This document shows positions 30,429 to 38,498 of a stretch of 64,000 bases of DNA, in pieces (the stretch's first letter is position 1; each line of letters begins with the position of its first letter). A program made the position numbers and the translations under genes. Below the pieces are notes generated by a model that worked only from the letters and a program-made list of their open reading frames with translations, did no database searches and was not told the origin of the DNA. Source of the DNA: an uncultured Candidatus Rokubacteria bacterium (GTDB lineage Bacteria; Methylomirabilota; Methylomirabilia; Rokubacteriales; DASRDR01). The stretch is from NCBI GenBank assembly GCA_963826115.1, contig CAWGVS010000010.1:128001-192000 (forward strand), in the 5' to 3' direction.

Positions 30429-31565
30429 GTGCGCAGCCCCAACATCAGGTACGTCAGCGGCGTCGATCACCTGCGAGCGTACGCTGCGATACTGGTTCTT
30501 TTTTATCACGGCATGCTGCTGATCGGCCAGCGGCAGGTGTATGGTAGACGTGTCGAGGAGGCGTGGTTCGAGACCGGCAATCCGTTGCTGGCCGTCGTCT
30601 ACGAAGGGCACTCGGCCGTCGGGTTGTTCCTGGTGCTGAGCGGCTTCATTTTCGCCTACGGAAACCGGCGCGACGACGTCTCGTGGTCGGGCTTCATGAA
30701 GAACCGGGTGTTGCGCATCGCGCCGCTCGCGGTGGTGTTGATGGTCGTGGGGACCTACGCGTTTCCGTCGTCGTTCAATCTCGTCGGTCTGCTCCAGCAT
30801 GTCGCCCTGATGTCGAACCTGCCCGGCGCGACCCCGCTGGGGCCCTTCGGCGTGCTCTTCTGGACGATCGCCGTCGAGTTTCAGTTCTACCTGATCTTCC
30901 CGTTCCTCCTCCCGTTCGTGCGCGATCGGGGCCCGCGCTACGGGGTGGCGCTCATCGGGTTGGCGATCCTGTTGCGATGCGTCGCCGTGTTGCACGGCGC
31001 AAACCCTCGCGACCTGTCGTACTGGTCGATCGTCGGCCGCATCGATCAGTTCATGCTCGGGATCCTGCTCGGACTGTACGGTCCAGTGGTGCCATCGCGC
31101 ACCGCGACGGCGAGGATCGGGATGTTCGCCGGATCGGCGGTCCTTGTCGTTGCGACGCTCTTTGCGTTTCACCGCGCCGGAGGCTGGCCGGTCGTTGCCT
31201 GGTGGAAGATCGCCTGGCCGACCCTCGAGGGTCTGATGTGGGCGGTCTTCGTCGCCGCCTACCTCCAAGTCTCGGCGCTGTTGCCCGGCCGGTTGTCGAC
31301 CGTGCTCTGCTCGCTCGGTTCGACGACGTTCTCGATCTACCTGCTCCACCGGGTCGTCATCGACACGATGACGCTCCGGAGCTGGTTGATCCCGTTGTCG
31401 GTCGTCGGCGGCACGCTCAACCATCTGCTGAACGTGCTCGTGATCGTGACACCGATCTCGATCGGGCTGTCGTACCTGACGTTTACCCTCATCGAGAAGC
31501 CATTCCTCGAGCGGCGCGTTCGCTACAAGAAACAACCCGTGGCCGCGGTGTCACAGGTCGTCTGA
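30429..31565 (+). CDS. Acyltransferase-3 (OafA-family) membrane O-acyltransferase
   Basis: DHLRAYAAILVLFYH, VGLFLVLSGF, RVLRIAP, WTIAVEFQFY, SIYLLH, IEKPFL. Confidence 0.92.
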   Translation: MRSPNIRYVSGVDHLRAYAAILVLFYHGMLLIGQRQVYGRRVEEAWFETGNPLLAVVYEGHSAVGLFLVLSGFIFAYGNRRDDVSWSGFMKNRVLRIAPLAVVLMVVGTYAFPSSFNLVGLLQHVALMSNLPGATPLGPFGVLFWTIAVEFQFYLIFPFLLPFVRDRGPRYGVALIGLAILLRCVAVLHGANPRDLSYWSIVGRIDQFMLGILLGLYGPVVPSRTATARIGMFAGSAVLVVATLFAFHRAGGWPVVAWWKIAWPTLEGLMWAVFVAAYLQVSALLPGRLSTVLCSLGSTTFSIYLLHRVVIDTMTLRSWLIPLSVVGGTLNHLLNVLVIVTPISIGLSYLTFTLIEKPFLERRVRYKKQPVAAVSQVV

Positions 31566-31593
31566 TCATGCACGCTGGCTGCCGAACGTCGCG

Positions 31594-33300
31594 ATGATCT
31601 TCCTGTCGGAATGGGCCCGTCGGTTCGATCCCGCCGCGAGCCAGTGGCTGATCCTGGGCAAGGGTCCGTCGTTCGCCCGACTTCGAAACTACGATCTCGG
31701 CCGCTACCGGACCGCGTCCCTCAACCACGTCGTCCGGGAGCTGCCGGTCGACGTCGCCCACTTCATCGACCTCGAAGCGCTGGCGACCTGCGCCGACTCG
31801 GTCATCCGCAACGCCCGCTGGCTTCTCGTCCCACGGCAACCGCACGTTCAATTTCATCCGTCGCTGCGCCCGATCGAGGAGTACTTCGCCGAGGTTCCCG
31901 TGCTCGCGGAGATGAGCCGGGCCGGCCGACTCGTTTGCTATCACCACGAGGTGCCCTGGTCGCGAGCGGCCGGAGTGCCGGTGCCACCGGGCGAGCAGCG
32001 GCTCCACATCGTGGCGTTCAGCGCCGAAGCGGTGGTCGCCGCCCTGGCGGTGTGTGGCGTCCGCGTCGTTCGCACGCTCGGCATCGACGGGGGCACCTCG
32101 TATGCCGAGGCCTTCGCCGACCTTCGCGCCACGACGCGACTGGTGAACAGTCAGCCCAACTTCGACGCCCAGTTCATCAACATCCAACGGATCGTCAGCG
32201 AGCACGGGATGGACTACGGCCCCCTCGAGGAGCCGATCCGCGTGTTCGTCGGTACCGACGACTCGCAGATGGTGGCCGCGAAAGTGCTCGAGTACTCGAT
32301 CCGCAAGTATGCCACTCGGCCGGTCGAGCTAGTGCCGATGCTCAACGTGGTGGCGCCGACGCCCAAGGACCCGCGCAACCGCGCGCGCACGGGATTCTCG
32401 TTCGCTCGCCTGATGATTCCGCGGCTCGCCGCCTTCCGCGGCCGGGCCATTTACCTGGACGCGGACATGCTCGTCTTCGGTGACATCTCGGAGATCTGGG
32501 AGTTGCCGATGGACGGCGTTCGCGTGCACTGCAGTCGGCAGGACGAGCCGCCGGCCCAGTGGCGCGACAACCCGCACTTCCAGCCGGGCCGACAGATGAG
32601 CGTCATGCTTCTCGACTGCGCGCGGCTTGATTGGGACATCGAGGTGATCGTCCGCGGGCTCGATGAGGGGCGATTCACCTACGAGCAGCTGATGTTCGAC
32701 CTGTGCATCGTCCCCGCGCGGGAGATCGGCGACGCAATTCCCAGCACATGGAACAGCCTCGAGCATTTCGAGCCCGGCCGCACGCGCCTGCTGCACTTCA
32801 CGGACATGACGATGCAACCCTGGCGGTTCTCGCACAACCCGCGCGGGTCGATCTGGCGGGCGTTCTATCGCGAGGCGGTTGAAGCAGGCGCCGTCGCGCC
32901 CGAGTTGATCGAGGCGGGTGCCGCCGCCGGTTACCTGATGCCTGCCCTGCGCCACGATCTGGCTCTTGCCGCCTCCAGCCGGCCCACCGTGCGAGCGTTG
33001 GCGTCGGGCGACGGGGTGGGTTCCGAACGACAGCGGGCGCTGGAGCTGGAGGCGATGGCGCTCCGGGCCGAGCTGGATGCCATCCGTCGACAGCCGACCG
33101 ACGTCGGACGTTGCGCCCAGTGCGAGGCCCTCAGCGCCCAGTGCGAGGCCCTCAGCGCCCAGTGCGAGGCCCTCGGCGCCCAGCGCGAGGCCCTCGGCGC
33201 CCAGCTGGCATCTCTCCGAGCCTCGTTGTCGTGGAGAGTGTTCCGGGCGGTCACGCAGCCGTTCCGCGCCACGCGCCGATGGCTTCGACGCTCGGAATGA
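31594..33300 (+). CDS. Bifunctional glycosyltransferase (N-terminal GKGPS domain + GT8-like domain) with C-terminal coiled coil
   Basis: LILGKGPSF, LGIDGG; IRVFVGTD, TGFSFARLMIP, AIYLDADM, WNSLE, LLHFTD..QPW; tail SLSWRV..VTQPFR. Confidence 0.8.
   Translation: MIFLSEWARRFDPAASQWLILGKGPSFARLRNYDLGRYRTASLNHVVRELPVDVAHFIDLEALATCADSVIRNARWLLVPRQPHVQFHPSLRPIEEYFAEVPVLAEMSRAGRLVCYHHEVPWSRAAGVPVPPGEQRLHIVAFSAEAVVAALAVCGVRVVRTLGIDGGTSYAEAFADLRATTRLVNSQPNFDAQFINIQRIVSEHGMDYGPLEEPIRVFVGTDDSQMVAAKVLEYSIRKYATRPVELVPMLNVVAPTPKDPRNRARTGFSFARLMIPRLAAFRGRAIYLDADMLVFGDISEIWELPMDGVRVHCSRQDEPPAQWRDNPHFQPGRQMSVMLLDCARLDWDIEVIVRGLDEGRFTYEQLMFDLCIVPAREIGDAIPSTWNSLEHFEPGRTRLLHFTDMTMQPWRFSHNPRGSIWRAFYREAVEAGAVAPELIEAGAAAGYLMPALRHDLALAASSRPTVRALASGDGVGSERQRALELEAMALRAELDAIRRQPTDVGRCAQCEALSAQCEALSAQCEALGAQREALGAQLASLRASLSWRVFRAVTQPFRATRRWLRRSE
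33115..33204 (+). repeat. 21-bp in-frame tandem repeat, 4 full copies plus a partial
   Basis: GCCCAGYGCGAGGCCCTCRGC encoding AQ(C/R)EAL(S/G) heptads. Confidence 0.95.
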
Positions 33301-33346
33301 ACGGGTCGGGCGCCGTCGATCACTACTCCCGCCCGGTCCCGTAGCC

Positions 33347-34357
33347 GTGTGGGCCTGGAAGCCGAAGTCCCGGGATCCGAGGGTCGCCAGCGTCCGCTAC
33401 CGATGTCTGATCCCGCTCGGGGCGCTCAGGCGCCGGGGTCTCCCGATCACGCTCTTCGACGAGCGCGACGTCGACGAGTACGAGGGAGTCATCTTCTCCA
33501 AGTCCTACGACGAGGCGGATCGGAGCGTCGCACGGCGTCTCCGATCCCGGGGCCGCGCGTCGATCCTCGATCTCTGCGACAACCATTTCTACAATCCCTA
33601 CGCCCTTCCCTTCTACGAGACGGCACGACAGAGCCTGCTGGAGATGATCGGCCTGTGCGACCGGGTCGTCTGCTCGACCGAAACTCTCGCCGGAATCGTG
33701 TCGAACGAGGCGCGCCTCGAGATCCGCCCGCTGGTGGTGGGGGACCCGGTGGAGCGCTTCGCGCATTCCGCCACCCGACGCGGACAGTTCCGGCTCCGCC
33801 GGCTCGGGCGCATCGTCCCCCTCGCTCGCCGTCGACTTCTCTGGTTTGGCATCCACGGCTCCCCGAACGCGCCATGCGGAATGGCGGACATCGCGTCCGT
33901 GGCGGAACCGCTGGAGGCGGCGGGCCGAGAGACACCTTTCGTGCTGGTCGTATGCAGCGATAGCCGCGAGGAATTCGATCGACGGGTCCGCCCGCTGCCT
34001 TGCGCCTCGTCCTACGTCGAGTACGACGTCGCTTCGTTCCCCCGGCTCCTGTCGTCGGCCGATGGCGTGATCCTGCCGATCGGCCGCAATCCCTTCACGC
34101 TCGCGAAGTCGCACAATCGTCTGACCACGGCCCTGATCGCCGGCGTCCCGGTGGTTGCCGACGGGATCCCGAGCTACCGGGAGTTCGCGGACTTCTGCCA
34201 CCTCGACGAATGGTCGCGCGGACTTCGCGAAATCCTGCAGGAACCGAGGACGGCCCGGCGGCGCGCCGCCGCGGCCAGGCCGTACATTGACACGAACTGG
34301 AATCTGGATCGGGTGGCGGACTCCTGGGCGGCGGCCATCGGCTTGAGGCCCCGGTGA
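33347..34357 (+). CDS. GT-B-like glycosyltransferase
   Basis: ASVRYRC, IFSK, DLCDNHF, VCSTETLA, LWFG, KSHNRLTTAL..GVPVVA..IPSY; start uncertain. Confidence 0.78.
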   Translation: MWAWKPKSRDPRVASVRYRCLIPLGALRRRGLPITLFDERDVDEYEGVIFSKSYDEADRSVARRLRSRGRASILDLCDNHFYNPYALPFYETARQSLLEMIGLCDRVVCSTETLAGIVSNEARLEIRPLVVGDPVERFAHSATRRGQFRLRRLGRIVPLARRRLLWFGIHGSPNAPCGMADIASVAEPLEAAGRETPFVLVVCSDSREEFDRRVRPLPCASSYVEYDVASFPRLLSSADGVILPIGRNPFTLAKSHNRLTTALIAGVPVVADGIPSYREFADFCHLDEWSRGLREILQEPRTARRRAAAARPYIDTNWNLDRVADSWAAAIGLRPR

Positions 34358-34490
34358 GTCGTGGGAGAAAGCGCCGGCCGCGCCGCCCTTCCCGGAAGCC
34401 CGGCGCTAGGATCGAGAGGGGGCGCTTCGCCGCGTGGTCTCCCGGAGGCGAGTGGGGACCATGTAACTACCGAAGAAAAATGGCCGGACG

Positions 34491-34994
34491 CTAGGCCGGG
34501 GCCGGCTGGCGGCGCCGCGAGCGGACGACCTCCGCGGGGGCGCGATCGCCGCTCGGCCGGGGCGGCGCGCTCTCCGGCCGCGCGCCCGAGTCGGGGTAAA
34601 CGGCCGCGCCCGCGCGGGGCCGCCGGCGCTCGGTACGGCGCTGCTCCTCGGCGGCCGGACCCGCGGCCACGCGGCGCCGCTGGCCGACGCGCCGCTCGTA
34701 GAGGACCTCGACGCCCGTCCCGGCCAGCGCGCGGCGCAGGACACGGTAGAGCTCCCGCTGGTGGTGATCCACGATGAGCAGCCACCGCGGCGCCGTCACC
34801 GCGTCGGGCCCCGTGTGACGCGCCGCGTCGGCCTTCCGGTCCTCGATCGGCCGGAACCAGCCGGCGAGCGGGACGGTGCCGCTCCGGTCGCACCAGGGAC
34901 AGCGCTGCGCCACGGTGAGGCAGTCGCAGTCGAGGCACAGCCGTGCCTGCTGGAGCGACAGTCCGGCCGGTCGGGAAGGTCCGGTCATCGGCAT
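34491..34994 (-). CDS. Hypothetical Zn-ribbon protein with VEVLYERR motif
   Basis: ARLCLDCD...CPWC; LLIV...ELYRVL...VEVLYERRVGQRR...ERRR. Confidence 0.7.
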   Translation of the reverse strand: MPMTGPSRPAGLSLQQARLCLDCDCLTVAQRCPWCDRSGTVPLAGWFRPIEDRKADAARHTGPDAVTAPRWLLIVDHHQRELYRVLRRALAGTGVEVLYERRVGQRRRVAAGPAAEEQRRTERRRPRAGAAVYPDSGARPESAPPRPSGDRAPAEVVRSRRRQPAPA

Positions 34995-35015
34995 ACCAGC
35001 GTCCACTCGGATGGA

Positions 35016-35031
35016 AGCAAGGGCGAGGCCA
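35016..35031 (-). promoter_or_regulatory. Putative sigma54 promoter
   Basis: Minus strand TGGCCTCGCCCTTGCT. Confidence 0.6.
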
Positions 35032-35128
35032 CGGTCTCGTCGTGGCTAACCTCGCGGAATCATGATGCGGCGATCCTGACGCTCGACGGCGAGTCGCCAA
35101 AATGGGACGGTACGCCTGCGCGAATCCG

Positions 35129-35806
35129 TCAGTTGGATGCCGTCAGCCGGACGGAGTGGAGAAACGCCTCCCCCTCCTCGACCAGCGGCTCGCCCGGGGC
35201 CAGGAGGGACGGCGTCCCCTTGACGCGCCGCTCACTGTAGCCGACGGTGACGATGCGCCGGGGATGGGTCGGGTGGAGGCAATCCACGCCGCGCGTGGTC
35301 GTCAGGAGGACCTTCCCGCGGAGCGCCGGGCTGGGATGGTTCTGCTCCTCCTCCTGCTGCTCCCACCGGACGCACTCGCCGCCGAGGGCCTGGTCGACCC
35401 GGACCTCCGTCAGGGTGATCACGTACGCCGTTTCCCTTCGCTGGAGCTCCTCGACCCCCCGCCGCTTGAACGCGACGAGGTCCTCCGCGCGCGCGGGTCG
35501 CCCGTCGACCTCCGCGACCCACGCGGCCGCGTACACGGTCGGGACCGGCTCCGTTCCCACCTTCTTCGTGAAGTGGATCCGGCCCCGTGCGGGCGGAAGC
35601 GCGTACCAGTCGGCGCCGGGCGGCGCGCCGACCGAGAACCCCGGTCCCGCGAATCGCTGCGCGGGATCGCGGCCGGGCGTCAGGGTCGTCGTCGCGCAGC
35701 CCGTCGCGGCCAGGATCGTCAGTCCCGCGAGCGCCGCCGTCAGGAGCGTCGATCGTCCGGTCGGGGTCGCCATCGGAGCCTCCGCGTGGGCGCGCATCGC
35801 GCTCAC
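35129..35806 (-). CDS. Hypothetical lipoprotein
   Basis: Hydrophobic stretch with ATGC lipobox; GTGA overlap with the upstream gene; start uncertain. Confidence 0.65.
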   Translation of the reverse strand: MSAMRAHAEAPMATPTGRSTLLTAALAGLTILAATGCATTTLTPGRDPAQRFAGPGFSVGAPPGADWYALPPARGRIHFTKKVGTEPVPTVYAAAWVAEVDGRPARAEDLVAFKRRGVEELQRRETAYVITLTEVRVDQALGGECVRWEQQEEEQNHPSPALRGKVLLTTTRGVDCLHPTHPRRIVTVGYSERRVKGTPSLLAPGEPLVEEGEAFLHSVRLTASN

Positions 35807-36885
35807 GGCTCCGCCGCGAGGAGCGCCGGGCGGATGCGCGCCTGGAGGTCGGGGTCCTGCTCGTCGAGCATGACGACGTCGCTCCCCTCCGTCGCGGGCG
35901 CGCCGAGGTGCACCGACCGGATCCGGCCGTCCTCGCGGCAGTCCACGGCGAGGATGCGGGCCGGGCGCCCCGCGGCATCGGCCTCCTGGTTCAGGCGGTC
36001 GAGCGTGGTGAGGTCCGCGTGCTCGCAGCCCGGCGGGACGCTGATGCCCGTGACCGAGGTCCCGCGCGCGGCGGCCGGCACCCCCTGGGCCCGCTCCTCC
36101 GCGGCCTGGGCCTCGGCGGAGATCGCGGCGGCCCGCGCGTCCATCGCCTCGGCCTCGGCAGCGCGGCCGCTGGCCCGGAGCGACGCCGCGTACAGCCCGA
36201 GCACCGAGGCCAGCTCGCGAGGCCGCGCGTTGTCCGCGTGCTCATGGAGCCGGATGACTCGCTGGTAGAGGAGGCCGACCTCCGGGCTCGTCGGGGTCGA
36301 CGCGGCCACGAGGCCCGCCAGTCTCAGCGCCGTGAGGGCGGCGTCCTCTGACTCTCCGGCGCCCGCCCGGTCGAGGATCGTGAGGGCGTCGCGGTAGAGC
36401 CGGGTCGCGTCCGCGGTGTTCCGCTCCCCGAGGCGCACGCCGGCGAGGTCGCGCACGGCCATCGAGGCGGCGACGGTGTCCGGCCCGCCGCCATCCTCGC
36501 ACGCCTGTCGCAGCCGCTGAGCCTGCGCGGCGTTCTCCTTGCCGGCTTTCGCGGTCCACCGGCCCAGCTGGACCGGTCCCTCCACCGCCATGGCGAGGCC
36601 GACGGGGTTGCCGGTGGCGAGAAACCCCATGAGCCCGACTCCCACCGCCAGGGGCGCCAGGACGACCGTCGCGGCGGAGCGGCCGGCGACGGACTTCCCG
36701 GCGTAGTCGAGACGCTTCGCGAAGTCCTCGCACTGCCGCGCCACGTCGACCGGCGCCGTCGGGGCGCCCACGCCCTCGCTCGCCGCGGGGCCCGGCCCGC
36801 GACGGGACGCGGCGCAGCCCATCAGGGTGAGGCTCATGACCAGCGCGGCGCCCAGGGCTCGCTGTGTCCACCGGATCCATCCCAT
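35803..36885 (-). CDS. TPR-containing lipoprotein with internal hydrophobic hairpin
   Basis: GGGAGG RBS; LMGC lipobox; ADATRLYRDALTIL, LYQRVIRL, GRAAEAEAMDARA. Confidence 0.72.
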   Translation of the reverse strand: MGWIRWTQRALGAALVMSLTLMGCAASRRGPGPAASEGVGAPTAPVDVARQCEDFAKRLDYAGKSVAGRSAATVVLAPLAVGVGLMGFLATGNPVGLAMAVEGPVQLGRWTAKAGKENAAQAQRLRQACEDGGGPDTVAASMAVRDLAGVRLGERNTADATRLYRDALTILDRAGAGESEDAALTALRLAGLVAASTPTSPEVGLLYQRVIRLHEHADNARPRELASVLGLYAASLRASGRAAEAEAMDARAAAISAEAQAAEERAQGVPAAARGTSVTGISVPPGCEHADLTTLDRLNQEADAAGRPARILAVDCREDGRIRSVHLGAPATEGSDVVMLDEQDPDLQARIRPALLAAEP

Positions 36886-36940
36886 CGTCGGGCCTCCCTC
36901 GTGGTCGGGGTGAGATGTGCGACGCATGCCCAGTCAACGA

Positions 36941-36956
36941 GGCACGAAGGGTGCCA
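36941..36956 (-). promoter_or_regulatory. Putative sigma54 promoter (near-symmetric)
   Basis: Minus strand TGGCACCCTTCGTGCC; the plus strand also reads GG-N10-GC. Confidence 0.55.
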
Positions 36957-37276
36957 GCGCCGAAGAGCCCGAGACGATTAGGATTTCCGACTCCGCCCGA
37001 GTCTGGGACCCGCTGGGTCCCCCAGCGGAGCTGGGGGGAACGTCGTCAGTCGCTCACGAGCGGGGAGCAGTCGCGGCGCACTCGCCGATGAGGCCGGGGC
37101 CGCCGTCCAGGGGGCTGGACCCGTAAGGCCCCGCCATGCTCTGCTGGCCGAGGATCGGCAGGGGACCCGGAGCCGCTCGGGAACATTCGCGCGGCGCGGC
37201 CCGTTGCCTCATCGAGAGGCGCCGGCCTCACGTCGACGTGCACGACCAACGATCATCCCGAACCGAAGGGGGCACC

Positions 37277-38081
37277 ATGACGAGCGGGTGGCGGTGGGCT
37301 AGTCGGTGGAGCGGTGGCGGCGATGCTGGCCCTGTCGGCCGGCCCGGCGCCGGCCCAGTCGGGGCCGGTCAAGATGGAGTGGCTGTCGTGGTCCATCTTC
37401 CGGTTCACGTCGCCGGGCGGCAAGATCATCGTGACGAATCCGTTCGTCACGAACCCCGACAGCCCGGTCAAGGTGCCGGACTTCCCGAAGGCCGACGTGA
37501 TCCTCGTCGCCGACGGGCATCCTGACGAGGTCGGGTCGGCGCACGAGATCGCGATCCAGACCGGGGCGAAGGTCGTCACGCCCCACGAGATGTGGGCGAA
37601 TTTCTTCCAGCCGCGCAACGTGCCAGAGGCCCAGATGTTCCGGAGCCACCCCGGCGACTGGTACCGGTTCGACGGCATCACGGTGCGCAACGTCAACTCG
37701 GTGCACGGGTCGGGGACGCCCGACAAGTACGGCGGGCCCGCCATGGGGTTCATCATTCAGTTCGAGAACGGCCTGAGCGTCTACTTCGCCGGCAGCACGG
37801 CGCTGACCATGGACATGCAGCTGTGGGGCATGCTCTACAAGCCCGACGTGGCGATCCTGCCCCTGAACGCGAACCGGGACCCGCAGGACATGGTCCACAT
37901 GGTCCGGCTCCTCCGCACGGAGAACCCGAACCTGAAGACGGTCATTCCCCACCACCACCGGCTGCAGCCGCCGGCGGGCGCGCCGACCCCCGCCACGCTG
38001 GAAGCCGCGCTCAAGGCCTCGGGGATGCCGGTGACGGTCCTGAACCCGGATCTCCGGAAGGTCTACGACCTGACGAAGTAG
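37277..38081 (+). CDS. Exported MBL-fold metal-dependent hydrolase (UPF0173-like) with atypical metal motif; probable +1 indel near 37298
   Basis: AAGGGGG RBS at ATG 37277; removing one G gives MTSGWRWLVGGAVAAMLALSA; WLSWSIFRFTSPGGK, ADGHPDEVG, SVHGS, YFAGST, IPHHH. Confidence 0.8.
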
Positions 38082-38098
38082 CTCGCCGGTCCTCGCTG

Positions 38099-38122
38099 GA
38101 GGGGGTCCCGGCGACCCCCTTC
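38099..38122. terminator. Hairpin between convergent genes
   Basis: GAGGGGGTC-CCGGC-GACCCCCTTC. Confidence 0.45.
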
Positions 38123-38130
38123 AGCGCGTC

Positions 38131-38472
38131 TCAGTCGCAGCGCTTCAGGAAGATGTCCCAGAGCTTCGCCGGGCGCCCGCTCTCGTTTCGCACGTCGTGG
38201 GGCGTGAGCCCCGGCATCCAGTAGACGCCGCCCGGCGCGAGCTGCTGTCGCCCGGTCGGGCTCTCCACCGTCAGCTCGCCCTCGATCAGGATGCCGATCT
38301 CCGACTCGATGCTCTGGTGCCGGCCGGTGGCGCCGCCGGGCGCGAACGTGAGGAGCGTCACCCGGATCGACGGGTTCTCGAGGACGATCTGGCTCGTCGG
38401 GAGCTGCGCCGCCGCGGTCGGAGGGATGAGCGCGCCGGCGAGGAGCGCGAGCGCCGCCAGGGCCGTCTTCAT
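38131..38472 (-). CDS. Exported cupin-domain protein
   Basis: AGGAG RBS; signal peptide; FAPGGATGRHQ, EGELTV, PHDVRN. Confidence 0.85.
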   Translation of the reverse strand: MKTALAALALLAGALIPPTAAAQLPTSQIVLENPSIRVTLLTFAPGGATGRHQSIESEIGILIEGELTVESPTGRQQLAPGGVYWMPGLTPHDVRNESGRPAKLWDIFLKRCD

Positions 38473-38498
38473 GTCGTTCTCTCCTGTCGGTGGGGCGT

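Noticed and set aside
29322-31535. 737-aa methyltransferase fusion
   Set aside because: The N-terminal half is antisense to the acyltransferase; the real gene starts near 30362
33115-33204. Possible CRISPR array
   Set aside because: Repeats are contiguous with no spacers, in frame within a CDS, and there are no cas genes
25702-34499. Autonomous mobile element or prophage
   Set aside because: No integrase, transposase, tRNA target or phage genes; only a 10-bp repeat
37085-37132. Hammerhead ribozyme
   Set aside because: CCGATGAG only resembles CTGATGA, and no GAAA core follows the stem
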